A stretch of 64,000 nucleotides of DNA, taken from Camelus dromedarius. Lineage: Eukaryota. The notes below the pieces were generated by a model. It had not been told where the DNA came from, did no database searches, and saw nothing but the letters and a program-made list of their open reading frames with translations. The stretch covers positions 83,826,001 through 83,890,000 of the forward strand of contig NC_087437.1 in assembly GCF_036321535.1 (NCBI RefSeq), given 5' to 3'. The translations under genes and the position numbers were made by a program. Positions 1 through 13,738 of this stretch are shown here, piece by piece; position 1 is the stretch's first letter, and each line of letters opens with the position of its first letter.

Positions 1-29
1 AGAAAACAGTAGACTTTTGGGCCATACAT

Positions 30-425
30 ACAAATGATAATTATAGGACAATATGTTAAGTGCAATGTAGATATCTACCAGTAGAGATTAAGCAAGGATA
101 TTTCATATAAACTGAGTCATCCATCATAAAATGAATTTGCTGACTGAGTTAAGGGTGATGGGGGTGGGGGAAAGAGAGGGTTTTCCAGGAAGAGGGTCAA
201 GTATGATTCACCTAAACATTCATTTGAATATTTCATTTGAAATCTGAATCAAATAATGATTCACTGTTAATAGAATATAAACTAAGAGGTAGAAAAGGCA
301 GGATATAAGGCTAAAGATATGTAAGTGGAGGCCAATCATACAGAACCTTGGATTTCTATATTCATTGGCATGGCATGATTTTAGTCCTGTGGGTGAAAGA
401 AAGCAGTGAAGGATTTTAAGCAAAG
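30..425 (-). mobile_element. L2 LINE remnant
   Basis: Degenerate match to the antisense L2 3' region (gaggccaatcatacagaaccttgga...gaaggattttaagca). Confidence 0.55.
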
Positions 426-469
426 AAAAAAAGTTAAAAATGAGGAAAACTAGTTTTATATCTTAAAAT

Positions 470-2270
470 ACTAATTCAACAAATGGTGCTGAAATTATCC
501 ATAAGCCAAAAAGAAAAAAAAAAAAAAAGAACTTTGGCCCATACCCCACACTTTCTACAAAAATTAACTCAAAATGGATCATAGACCTACATGTATAGTG
601 TAAAACTATAAAACTTCTAGAGGATAGTAGAGGAGAAAATCTTCGTGACCTCGGACTAGGTAGAGTTCTTACATTCCATGCCCAAAAGGACAATCCATAA
701 AAGAAAAAAAAATCAAAAAGTAGACATCAAAATTAAAAATACTTACTCTGCTAAAGACACTGTTCAAAGAATAGAAAAACAAGCTACAAACTTGAAAAAT
801 ATCTACATACCACATTTCTGACAAAGAAATGTATTCAGAAAATATTTTTAAAAGACCTTCAAAGCTCAACATTAAGAAAAAAACAACTCAATGAAAGAAA
901 GCGGATAAAAATTGGAAGACACACTTCACCAAAGAAGATACAAGGATAACAAATAAACATATGGAAAAAGATCTAAATCAATCATCATAGGGAAATGCAA
1001 ATTAAAATGACAATATGATACTAATATTGACTCACTAAAATGACTGATTTTTTTTCTTAAATGACACTATAAAGCATTGTTGGTGATGCAGAGCGCTGAA
1101 ACTCTCATTAGTTACTAGTAGGAACATAAAATGGTACATACAGTTTAGAAAACAGTTCAGCAGTTTCATATAAAATTAAACATACATTTACTGTCTGATC
1201 TAGTCATTCCACACCTCGCTGTTTCTCCAAGATAAACATAAATACGTGTTTACACAGAGACTTATACATGAATGTTCATAGCAGTTTTGTTAATAATCAT
1301 CTGAACTGGAAACAACCCAGATGTCCTTCAATCACTGAATGCAGAACCAAAGGATAGTACATGATACAGTTTTCGCTCAGCAACAACAGAGAGGCACGAA
1401 TCTCAAGTGCATTCTGCTTAGAGAAAGAAGCCAGACTTGAAAGTCTATACATTGTGTACATCCATTTACAGAACATTCTGGAATACAGCTCTTCCTTAAA
1501 GAAATGTTTTGATTAACAAACAGAGAAGGAAAGAAATAGAAAAAATCACCATTAGAATACAACAGTAGTAACTGCTGCAGGCAAGATCTACTGTGGATGT
1601 TGAATTAACAGGAAAGAGTTTGAGGAAAAACAAGGTATTTGCATAGTCTAAATTAGCTTCCCCCAAACATATATTAGTGACAAAAGGAGAAAAGTAACTT
1701 TTCAGTGAAGTAGTCTGGAAGATACCACCCTTAATCAAGTGATCCATGTTGGCACCCCTAGGAATACTGCATGTGAACACCATGTATCCCCTGATATAAT
1801 GCCCTAAAGAGAGGATACAATCCTTGTGATTGTCCTGCCAAAAATGCATAACCACAAACCAAATCATGAAAAAACAGAGGACACACCCAAACTAAGGAAC
1901 ATTCTACAAAATCACTGGCTAGTACTCTTGAAAAGTGTCAAGGACATAAAAGACAAGTAACGACGCAGAGCTGTCACAGATCAGCCACAGACTGGAATAA
2001 GAAGATGTGATAACTAAGGCAACGTGGGATCCTGGATGTGGTTCTAGAACAGACAAAGGACACTATCTAAAAAGCTGGTAAAATCTCAGTAACAGTCTGT
2101 AGTTAAGTAAATAGTACTGTATAGATGTTTATTTCTTGGTTTTGATAATAGTTCTATGGTTATGTAAAACACATTAGGGGAAACAGAGTGAGGGTTATAT
2201 GGGAACTATATTATTTGAATAGCTTTTTCTCTAAGTTTGAAATTATATCAAGATAAAAATTTAAGAAAAG
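470..2270 (+). mobile_element. Old L1 (L1MC-type): ORF2 3' end plus 3' UTR
   Basis: L1 ORF2-end motifs (ttcaacaaatggtgctg, aaaattaactcaaaatggatcatagacct, gaaatgcaaattaaaa), then L1MC-like 3' UTR (cacccaaactaaggaacattctacaaaa) and an A-rich end. Confidence 0.85.
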
Positions 2271-3889
2271 TTATAGTAATTTATTCCCACAAAACAAGTA
2301 TTAAGATATTCATCATGGGATTAAATAATAAGGACTTAGCTAGATTTCCACTCATTAATTTCACATGTAATTTTTTTAATCAAAAAATCACATCTACAAA
2401 GGGCCCATAATCATTTTCAGTGGTTAAGATTTCAACTGGTCTTTCTCCATTCCTACGTAAGAGCGTCAGGAACTTGGTGAAAAAGTGTCCAAATAATCAT
2501 TGATTGCCTTACCCTGCAGCCTGGAAGGTTGGTACTCATTCTCTTGAGTTCATGGATGCAAATTAATGTCTATAATACAGGTTTATCTATAGCCCTTCTC
2601 AAATTCAGAGCCATCAAACTCTACCAGAACAAACTGCACCAGGAATGATTTGGAAAGAATGTTCACTTTTGAAGATGAGTAAGATTTCACCCTCTAGATA
2701 GCTCTATTCAATTTTATTTAGAGGTATTAAAAGGCAACATTATGTATGCAAAAAGTCATATTATATTCTTTTTCTCTCCTAGTTCTTACAGTGGCAGTGT
2801 TATGTTCAGAGTGAGCATTTGTTACTTGAATTTTTTAACCTGTTACTTCTTGTTATAGCCTACCTGATAATTAGCAGACTGGTTTGGGAAAGGGAGAGGA
2901 TCACAGGAAGGAGACAGCACTTTAGAAGTAGATCTAGGGAGGTGATTGGAGTGAATGACCTTGAGAAAACCCAGATATTTAAACACTGAAGAGACAGGAA
3001 TAAATTCATTCTGAATACAAAGGAAGTTTATTCTCTCCTGTAAAGAAGGTAGTACTCTCTGGCAGAAAGAAAATAAGCTGGTGATCCCAGTTAGCCCCAG
3101 TGCTGCTCAAACAGTGTGACACACAGAGCCACCAGACTATGTCATCTCGTTACTGTTTGTTACAGTCACACTGGGGTTCATTTTCTACTTATCAATATGT
3201 ATACGTTATAATTCCAAGTGGCAAATACTCTGCAATAAATATCCCGAGATTCCATTGAGACTCCAGAAATCACACAACAATAATTCATCCCTATTTCAGC
3301 AAATAGTAACAGCAAATAGTAAATATTAAGAATGGTAGGAAAAGAGAGAAAATATAGAAAATCTCAATTTCTTCCTTTTTTGTTGCCTCTCACGTCTCCT
3401 TGTCCCTCATTTGCATCTCTCCCCACTTTTATGCTATCAACAGCTTCTGTCTTGATCTCTATTTTCTCTTGCGTCTTCAGTGATACCCACAATCTTTATA
3501 ATCTTTCTTAATCAGTTTTCTTTCACACTTTTCTTAAGAGCTACTTCAAATATTCACCAACACCTCAGGCCCCCTATCTATGACCTCAGCAAATGATCTA
3601 GTTTTGCAGATCATTGAAAAAAGGAAGGCTAACAACTCCAGAGGCAGCTGGGCCTTCTAGGTACCAACAATCTTTGCATATCACAGTTATCCATGTATCC
3701 ATTTAGTGTCAGCTTGGTACATTTCCTTCCAGTTTCTCAGGGATTTGGAAGAGACACAAGGGAGAAATGACAGTAAGTTTTGAGATGCTTTTGCCATTTA
3801 GTATGAATGCAATCTAGGATTCAAGACACACTTCTTAATTTGCACTGGCAGCCCAGACTCCCACCCAGGCTTCAGAGGTTTCCTGGAAA

Positions 3890-4540
3890 TCTTTAAATAT
3901 TCAAACACCTCAAACTTACCATGTCCAAATTAGAATTCATTGTTTTCGCTCCAAATCTTTTATTTCTCCAGAATTTCCTCTCCATCTCCCTGCTTATGTA
4001 AACCAGACGCTTAGAAGTCATCTGAAACCATCCCCATTCATTCCCTCATTCCCCATCTATAATCAGTCACTGAAGTGTCTTAATTTAACCTTGGAAATAG
4101 CTCTTGAATCTACTCCCTTCTTCTTATCTTTACTTACTTCATCTATTTTCTTACTGTTTTTTCACTTGGATTACTACATCAGCCTCCTTACTGTTTTGCC
4201 TGCCTCCAGTTTTTGCTTTCAACATGTAATCTCTACTGTTATTACTTTGCTCCAGTTCATTTTGATGTTCCGCTAACGTGCTCAATTCTTTCTGAGTACA
4301 AGGGTTTAGAACTTGTTTCCTCTGCCTGTAATACTCTCCTACCAAACCTTGGGATGGCTTTCTCTGGCACTTTACTCAGTTTTTTTTTTCTCTCTTTATC
4401 TAAAATTATGTTCATATATTTAGATTCCTTTTTGTTTCTTCCAGCAGGTAGAAGCTCTGTCTTTTTCACTACTCTGTTGACTAGATTGGCACCCAGTAAA
4501 TATTGTCTGAATAAAATAATGAATAAGTTAATGAATAACT
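3890..4540 (+). mobile_element. L2 LINE 3' fragment
   Basis: cacctcaaacttaccatgtccaaa...ggattactacatcagcctccttactg...ggcacccagtaaatattgtctgaataaaataatgaat (L2 tail). Confidence 0.7.
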
Positions 4541-4926
4541 GTATCCAAAATAGCACACACTTCACCTATTTGTTTATTGCTCCCTGTGGGCTGGAGCCAA
4601 CAAATGAGCTTCTCTAGAGCATTGAGACCTTCTTTTCTGTATCTCTAGGTTTTAATCAGCAACAGTGTCTGACACCTTGGTGGTGCTCAGCAAATGTTTC
4701 TTAGAAAATAAAACAAAGTAAAGCAAAACTCTTAACCTACCTTTGCTAGCTGAGTAGCTGAATTTCAGGGAAAACATTCTAGATTCTTTCATTAGAATCA
4801 GTTTTACAGAATGTTTTATCCTCTACAACATACATTCCATACATCCAAACCTTGATTTTGCTTACAGCAAAATTTTACCTATATGTTTCTACTTTACAGA
4901 TTGCAAGATAAAAACTTCACTGAATT

Positions 4927-5022
4927 TGAAAACAAACATATGTATGTATGTGTAAGACTGGGACATTGTGCTGTACACCAGAAATTGACATACTATAACT
5001 GACTATACTTCAAATAAAAAAA
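4927..5022 (+). mobile_element. Short lineage-specific L1 3' tail, apparently inserted in a MIR
   Basis: gactgggacattgtgctgtacaccagaaattgacatactataactgactatacttcaaataaaaaaa; the same tail recurs at 18117-18360 and 53792-53840. Confidence 0.8.
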
Positions 5023-7724
5023 CAGACCCAGATATCTCTGTCTGTAGAATCCATGTTCTTTTTACTGCTCTAGGAGTTGTCTTTTGTCATTAAAATTCTA
5101 CTGTCAGGAAAAAAAGTAGTGTTTGTTTCTTCCTGAACCTATCTTCTTGACCACTGATATGAACCTGAAGTTATAATAGAGGTAGAGGTGGGGTAGTAAG
5201 TTATCACCGGCACAAACTTTCTTCACAAATATCCCATGACCCTTCTCTTGGCAAATGCATGGAATACAAAAATATCAGGGCTAGACGTGACCTTTATTGT
5301 TTTCTAATCCAATCCTGCACTTTTCCATTTTTTGTGCAGAGGAAAATATTGAGGTCTAAAGACACTGACTGACTCACACAGGAGCAGAATATACAATCAG
5401 GTGGACAGGCAGCTATCATATTGGTGGCAACAGTAATATTCAAAGTCTTGGGGAATCTATTACTTGACAAGTAAAATGCAATTCTTGGACAAGAGAAACA
5501 GTTCTCATGCATTTACTGTACAAGGTATTTGACTGGCTTGAATCTACTCTCTGACTTAGATTCCATGTGGACATTTCAAAACTATTTGGAAAGAACCCAC
5601 TGTACTTTGAAATATTTAAAGATGGTTTGTGCAGGCTGGTATTTCTGTTATAGTTTCTGTGCTGTTCCATGAGTCCTGAGGAATGTCTTATGCTGAAATG
5701 AAATTACGTTTGGGAATTTGTTTGCTATCATGATTGACTTCTATTATTCCTCACTGGATTTACGATTTATTTGAGATATAGTCAGTATATCTAAATTAAG
5801 TTGTTACCTAAGCTGGGAGATAAGCACTTCATTATCTCTCCTTTTGGTTCTTTCATATTATCATAAATTCAAACTATAGGGCTCAGTCTCCAGGAATATG
5901 GTTACTGCAGTATATTTCTTTATCATTTAACCACAATTCTCATTGTTTTATAGAAGGGTAGAACTTTCTCTTTTGGTTATGTAGTTAATGATACTGGTAT
6001 ATACATTACCAGTTACACATTGCTACTATCTATGGTACTAATGGCTACACATCTGTTGTCTAACTGATGGCTTCTATTTGCTTCTTGGAGAAAAAGAATA
6101 TGCTGAGCATATGGTGTAGCTGGATTAATTTCTTTTTGTATTAGTTGTACCGTAACAAGTTAATGAAATTGTGATGTGTATCAAATAAACAGGTTCAAAT
6201 TTCATCAGACACACTTTTTACATAATACAGCTTTTAATCACTTAATTTTGAAGTTTAAAATTATGTAAAAGTAGTTATATGCACAAGTATGAAAGAGCAA
6301 AATGTTCCCCAGAACTTTATATGTATCACTCAGTGATAAAACTTTATAAGATAAAAAGTATGCATATTAAGAATTTATAAAAGGATCTGATGAAGATTTT
6401 GATCTATAATTTTGCATTACTTTCAACTGAGAGTCTGTGCATTTATTTCTCAGAATCCCAGAATACTCTACTGACATGACCATATAAACCTATACTGCAT
6501 CTTTATCTTTGTCAGTATAATCTTTTATGCAATATGGTAGTCCTTAGGGAGCGTTAATTGTTAGCTATCTCTTAGCTACTTAAAGGCAATCTTGGAACAA
6601 TTACCATGTATTTATGGGAATGAGGCATTCATTTATTTATTGCCTTTCTCCTAAAAATCCCATAGCATTTGAGTTAAGAAGATAACAGTATAAATATGCT
6701 CACTTATCTTTGCGGGAATTATTTTCTCCACCTCCACCTCCCACTTCAGCATCGCTACTACGCCCTTATATGGGATTCATGCTAATAGGTTCAAATTACT
6801 ATGGTTATTGCCACTCAAAAGCATACTGAATATACCTTTCTCAATTATTGTCTTTTCTCTCTCTCTCTTTTTTCTAAAATGAAACAAGGAACTTCACTTA
6901 GGAATCATACAAATTAAGCTATGTAAAGATCCCTGGTCTCAATTTTAGACAAGATTGCCAGAGATATAAAGCAATCACTGTGTTAACTGTTTGGATGTCT
7001 TTTTGTGAAATAAACTGAGTGTTTCAAACTGGCAGACAAGAGCCATAGATTACCTAATTAAACCTATTCAGTTAATTTAGAATAAATAATTCCTACTACT
7101 ACATAGGGCCAGATTATATAATAACTATTCTATATCTAATAAAATACATCGGAATACATGAAAAGTTCACAGAATGTGATTTATCAAAGGTAAAAAATAA
7201 AGACACGATCTTTGAATTTAGTGTTGGACACTTATTTCCAGATATTTCATGCATAAATATGCATGTGAGGACTTTAACAACATACTTAAATTATTTTAAA
7301 TGCTTTGCCAAGAATCATAACCCAACTTTAAAATTGTCTTCTTCCTTCCAGAGAGATTAAAAACAGAAGGAGTACCTTGAAATGTCCATGTTACAGTAAT
7401 GACAAAGAAGTCAGAAAATATGAAAGAATTAGCATGTTGTCTCTTCTCTGCTTCTTTCTTTTACATGATTTTTTTTTTGCTAGCTATCGAGGCATATCTG
7501 GATCTCTCCAAATTTTACATATTAGAGATAATTCCATACCTAAATATCTTCCTTATTTTAAAAAAGTAATAGTGTGTTATTTTATTCACATTGTCATTTA
7601 TTTTATGTCATTTAATTCAGAGAAGACAAAGTTAAAGTATAAAACTCTTGAATTATTCACTGTGATACAGCAAAAAAAAACCCAAAAAACAAAAAGCAAA
7701 ACCCCATTGGTTTGTCAAACAGAA

Positions 7725-8110
7725 TTCAGTTTGAACATCAGCCATGCCACTTACTATGGGTTAGAAGTCCTTATGTGGGTTAATTGACCTGTCTGAGCTT
7801 CAGTGGAAAATGAAGGTTCAGCAGATACTCATGAGGGTTACCATGAGAATGAAATCGTGAACTACATGGGTAGAGTTCCTGGCACATAGTACCAATATTA
7901 GCTACCATGTAATATGGCTTACTATGAGTCCCATGCTATACTACATGCTTTATACATTTATAAAATTAATCCTTACAGCATTCCTATTGACTAAGAGTTA
8001 TTTTGGCCCCATTTTATAGATGCAGAAGTAAAGGATAGAGACGTTAAGTAATTTACCTAAAACTGAACAAATCTTCACTACCTGGAGTGGAATTCTAAGT
8101 GGGGCCATCT
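7725..8110. mobile_element. Two MIR SINEs tail-to-tail (+ ~7725-7905, - ~7910-8110)
   Basis: MIR core motifs (ctgagcttcagt...cctggcacatagta; cccattttatagatgcagaagtaaagg...gttaagtaatttacct). Confidence 0.65.
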
Positions 8111-8648
8111 GTGTGGTTATCTACTGCAGTGTAATAAACTATCCAAAACTTAGCAACTTAAAACAACAACCATTTTCTTATCTCTCATGATTTTATGTGT
8201 TAACTGGACTGAGCTGGATGGATCCTCTGCTCCACAAAGTATCAACTGCAGCTGCAGCTACCTGGTGGCAGTGGTAGTGGGAAGGGGTTGTAAGTTGTAA
8301 TATCTGGGATGGTTCATCACAAGGATGGCACTCAGTACTATCTGCTGGGAGCTCAAGTAGAGCTGCTGACTAGAATGCCTCAGTTCTTCTCTTTGCTGTC
8401 CTGCATGTGGCCTCACCATATGGATTGGCTTCCCTTAGCATTGGAGGCTGGGCAACAGGAAGGAGTGTTGCAAGAGGACAAGCTCCAGTGTGCAAATAGG
8501 TAAGATGTCTCCACTTGCATCGCACTTGTTAATGTCCTACTGGCCAATGCTAGTCACATGGACAAGCCCAGAATCAATGTAAGACAGAACAACACAAGGG
8601 CATGAAGATGAGAAGGGTCTACTAAGCCCATTAAAATAACAGCCCACA
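8111..8648 (-). mobile_element. MaLR LTR, MLT1 (H-like)
   Basis: Antisense MLT1 motifs: aaaacttagcaacttaaaacaacaaccattt; ggccaatgctagtcacatggacaagcccagaatcaatg. Confidence 0.75.
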
Positions 8649-9650
8649 GGAACAGCTGTCATCAAAAGCTCTCTTTTGTGCCCTCCAGACTATCATGGGT
8701 ATCAGTAATCAGCATGTTTGTCAATGCTTTGTGAGAAGGACTTTGGAGCTTCAGACACAGAGTCAATTAAATGTTGTCAGCAAGCGTTTACACTTTCCTG
8801 CTTCCAAGTATAACATAAAATTTCAATTTCACTTAAATGATTATAAAAGAAACTTCAGTTTTATGAAAGAAAAATGAATCAAAGATTTAAAATTATTTTT
8901 ATGAATTTTTAAATGCCATTTGTATTGGGTTCTATATGCTATAATTCATTAGTGAATAAAATAAGGAGAAATATTAAGCTTTATGCCTTATTACTACCCA
9001 AATAAAAGTGAATATTGCAATCTATTTCTTAGAGTATATGATTAATTTTGGGTTTTTAAGAAACTTTTTTTCAAAGAAATGGTTTTGATTCCACGATTTC
9101 TGTAAAAACAGGATTTTTACTTTAGAAACTGTAATCCTTTTCTGCATTTTGTATAAATTAAAATAATATAGTTCTAATGGCATTTATATAGACAGTTTCC
9201 ATACAGAATTTTTTGTTTAAAAGCTTTACTTTAGATAAAGCATTCTATATTTGTATATGAAATTTATTTCCAAAAGAAGTATTTTACCTTAATGACCCAA
9301 AATATTTTGTTTTTCCTATTAATATTGAAATTTAGGCAGCTTTAGAAGTGAATAGCTTATAGAAATTAGGGGAAAAAATATATATGCCCCTTTACTTTTG
9401 ATATATTACTTCAAGTTAAATTAGGCAAATGATTTACAGGTAATAAAAAACATTTCAAAGCGGTTTGGTGACCAATGCAAACTCTGAAAATGTCATAGCC
9501 TAATATCAGGACTCTCAGGGGTGATAGCTGAAGATGATATTTGAACGAAGTTATCCCCTAAATGGCCATGATATTGCTATTAAGCCTTTTTTTTTTTTAA
9601 GGAACTGAGCTAGATGTATAAAAGAGGCAAAGAAGATAACCAGTACTTAC

Positions 9651-9836
9651 TTTTTGTGACAACACCTTCTAAGCGAATGATATTTGGGTGGTCAAACTGA
9701 CCCATGATACTAGCTTCTCTTAGAAAATCTCTTCTTTGCCGATCCACATGGCCACCTTTCAAAGTTTTGATGGCAACTGGGATCTCTCTTTTTCCTGGTG
9801 TCTTCAAACGCCCGCTACAGACTTCTCCAAATTCAC
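9651..9836 (-). CDS. EPHA6: EPHA6 coding exon, kinase N-lobe: (G)[61 protein letters not shown]
   Basis: 186 nt. Acceptor tttttag|GT (AG at 9837-9838), donor AAAA|gtaagt (GT at 9649-9650), phase 1/1. Completes GxGxxG; VAIK lysine and alphaC glutamate are intact. GGHxDRQRR is typical of EphA6. Confidence 0.98.
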
Positions 9837-10454
9837 CTAAAAATATGAACAAAAGTAGTTAGTTGTTTAAACAGAATACTTATATTCCAGAAAAACTGAA
9901 TGGTCATACAGTACCGTCTTTTTGTGTTTTAACGTAATGACTCTGAAGTGTGTTATTTTTATATAGAGATCTCTTTCTTAAAAATTAAATTTGTAATGTC
10001 AATATGTTTGTCAGCATCATTTATAATGAATAATGGAATGCATTTTCATATGCTGTACCACAGGAACTACCATTGACAGATAACCCCGATCTGCTGAGAA
10101 ATTATGACTAGCAGAATGGGTGATGCTAATGTAACTCTATAGAAAAGCAATCACTGCATAACATTTCCTGTTCCTGTTCTCAATACCGATATATGGGCCA
10201 AATGCCTGCTCTGTTCAGGGAATCCATCAGGCATGTGTAGTTGATTTGATCCCATAGACCATATGTCTGGGCTTCACTGCCATTAGAAATCAATGCTAGG
10301 GTCAACTGGTATATGAACATACTGAAAAACCACACTGAACATAACTATAGAAAGTGATTATACAGGCTAAATTATAAGTCACATGGTTTGAATACAAATA
10401 CAGTAAGATTATCCATGGTTCAGCAATGGCTCCATTGGGTAGATTAAATACTAG

Positions 10455-10900
10455 CCAAGTATTTATCATGAATTTACTACATATATCCAGTGCTAGAGTG
10501 CTGTGGATTTCAAAGAAGTATAAGACTTTGTTCTTAGTATAGTAGGTCTCTATTATAGTCTAGTACGAGACTTTAGATGAAACACGAAATAATGAAACAC
10601 TTAGGAAACTAAGAACCAATCCCTGCAAATGCTGTATATTAGTTAAGTAAAAAGAATGGGAGCTGGAAGACTTCTTGGAGGAGGTGGACTTCTGCTGGAT
10701 GTTGAATGATGGGTAGGATTTGGATATTCAAGAAAAGCATCAAAATTCTAGACAGAAGTACATGGAGTGAGGGAAATGAAGACAAAGATTTAAAGGTCGG
10801 AAACAGTAAAGAGAATGATGTGGACACCGGGCATTAAGGAGACAAGGCTGAAGAGAGGGGTTATTGTGGAAAAGAAGGTTGGAGGCTTTCTCAGCACAAT
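10455..10900 (-). mobile_element. L2 LINE remnant
   Basis: aagtatttatcatgaatttactac...ggaagacttcttggaggaggtgg...gaatgatgggtaggatttgga. Confidence 0.6.
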
Positions 10901-12641
10901 GCAATAAATTCAATAAAGCTTGAGATTCCAAACTTAATTTTTCTAGGGCCAATTACCTGCATTTACTTAAAAGCATACTGCTTGATCCCAAACTTATTCA
11001 CCTATGAAGTAAACACAATAATAAAACCTTCCATAATTATACAATGTCCCCTCCACATAAGGATGCTGGGAAGATCAAAAGTGATAAATTTGTGAGAGTG
11101 CTTATAAACTGTAAAGTACTATTCATGTGCTTTAAATTACATAAATCTTCAGAAGAGTGAAGAATGAAAATTAAAATATCTTCAGTTGGTTTATTAGGCA
11201 GCAGGTCTGGCCAAAAGCAAATGCTCTATAAGCTGAAGTGCAGAGGATCAAGTTAAATTTTTGTAGTACCTCAGATTTCAATTATCCCTATTTTCTTTAG
11301 ACCAATTCATTATAGTCAACTAAATGTTGACTATTCATGAATATTAACTACCTTTTGGTATAGAAGCTAAGATTTTCTTGTAAGTGAAAAAAAAAAAAAC
11401 CAGAAAGGAATGAAGCCAAACTTTGCTTCCTAAATTATGTGTAAACATGTCCATTAGAAATAGAAAGCAGTCTAGCAAGAGTTTATTTTATATATATATA
11501 CTATATACATATATATGAGACAAACAAACAAATAAGCAAACAGAAAACACTGACTAGAATGTGGTCCCTAAATTCAGTGCATATGATATTGGGGTTTTAC
11601 AAAACTTGCATAATTTGACATCAAAATAAGAATAGTCTTTTTTTTTTTCATAATGATGCTCTCAACCTGTTGGAAGTTAAATGTTTTTATGTTCACGGGA
11701 GAAAGAAGCCATAGCTTTCCAGTTTTGTTTGTAATAGTATTTTTGATTTTTTAAAGATTTTTCTGTTGGACATAAAAAAATTGGAAACTGATAGAAATTT
11801 TAAACATTTTTCTATTGATACTCTGAACCTTGAGAGTAAAAGTATATGTACCTGTTTAAATTAATGTCTGATACAACCAGGCCTACTAAGATACTTGAAA
11901 TTCCTTCTCACATCACTCTGGTTTGCTACAATGAATATCCAGAACAAGGAAAATACTTTTTCTTTTTATTTTGTCTTAAAAATCTGTTAGTACATCTAAC
12001 AATTTAACAATATTTTAAAACCCCTCACCTGCCACAAGCCTAGACTGCAAGTGATTTTCTGTTAACATTTCATAGTCATTCATATAAACTTTTGAACATA
12101 GTAAAATGAATAGCAAACTCTGTTGGTATTTTATCAAGATAGACATAGTGGCAATTTACTTTGGTTTTCTGTTGTCTGAAATTCATGTATCTTATTAACA
12201 GTAGGCAGGCATTTTCTTCATGTCAAGCTTTGCGTTATCAAGCTGTTATCACACTTATTTCAGTGACACTAAATATGGCTGCCTCAATTAAAGATCTGAG
12301 ACTCCTAGGGCATTCTTCAGTCAAAATCCAGAAAATTCAGTCACAGAATGTATTAAAACCCTTATCTGTGGTAGGCCTGGATGTATCAGACAAATCAGGC
12401 AGAGAGGAAGAAATATTTTAAATTAAATGTGTACTGTCAGGTATCGCCAAAGACTGATCCATTATATGACTAAGTTTGTAGCACAAGTGGAGGACCTGTA
12501 TAGAATAAGTAAGAGAATTCATTCCTTAATAAGATCTGTGGATGTTTATATATACTGGTTAGTTTATCATTAACTCATTGACTATAGGAATATTGTGTTA
12601 ACTACCTTTTTTTTTTTCTTTAACCAATCATTGTCACCATC

Positions 12642-12893
12642 ATTATTACAAAGCCAGCACTTACATAGTGCTTATCATGAGCCAGGTCTAAAAACTTAAT
12701 ATATATTTTAATCTTGACAACAAATCTTTGAGGCAGGTACCATTATTATCCTCACTTTGCAGGTGAGGAAACTGAGGCACATGAGTTAAATAACTTGTCC
12801 ATGGTGACATAATTAGAAGTGGTAGAGTTGTAATTTTAACCTAGGCAATCTGGCTCCAGAATCCATGCTTATGATCACTATTCTCTGCTGTCT
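12642..12893 (-). mobile_element. Near full-length MIR
   Basis: ggtaccattattatcctcactttgcaggtgaggaaactgaggcac...taacttgtccatggtgaca...tctggctccagaatccatgc. Confidence 0.85.
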
Positions 12894-13738
12894 GGGATGC
12901 TTGTCATTATTAATGTTGTTAATACTTCCTTGCATTACTATGCTAAATTCCCAATTGGTAACAATGGTGTCCTCAAATCAACTATTATACAGTGTTCAAA
13001 CACATTGACTGGATATGCAAAGGTAGATGGAATGATAAAACCATATGCTAGGAATCGTTCACTATACAATGGAAACAGAGACCTAGCTTAATCATGCTGT
13101 ATATTAGCTGGTCTGGAAAAATCAATACATCCTACCTAGTCTTAAGAGAGCAAAGAAAAATATATCTAGGCTAACTGATCTGCCACTGACAGCCCATGCA
13201 CTAGCTCACAGTACCATCCATCTCCCTGGATGGTGGTAAAACCTTTCTGGACAAGCAATTTTGTTGTATAATATACAGAGTCATATGAAAATATCAGTTA
13301 GAATTGGGTTTTCCACATAAAGCCTATATAATCTAACTGAAACTGTGAGAGGAGAGTGGAGGCAATGAGGGGAAATCTGCCCTAGAGGACTGTCACTTCA
13401 CCATCCCCTGGAGGCTTTCAGAAATTTGACTCCTGCTGTTCTGAGATTCTGGTATTCCCTTACCTACCACCCCTTGAGAGTTGCTGAAGCAAAGAGCCAC
13501 ACTTCTGATTTTTTTTTTAAACTTACCTCTCAAATGTAATGAGGTGTTCCCTTCTTCACACGTGCTGTTTCCCTTTGATGAGGATGCTGCCCACAAGTTG
13601 CCCCCCTTCCTCCCTTGTCTCCACCCTCAGTCCTTCTCTACGTGATGGCTTCTTATTAGCAGTAAAGGCCAAGCTTTGAGATCCCCCTTCAGAAACTTTC
13701 TCTGATTTAGTCCCCAGCCACCATCAGTTCCTTATAAG

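Noticed and set aside
9610..9650. C-terminal extension [13 protein letters not shown] of ORF 9610..9852
   Set aside because: Lies beyond a consensus gtaagt donor; intron sequence with no evidence of use.
1..9650. Next EPHA6 exon (kinase insert / RPVMIV exon)
   Set aside because: Not found; the region is mostly L1, L2, MIR and MLT1, and the exon probably lies beyond position 1.
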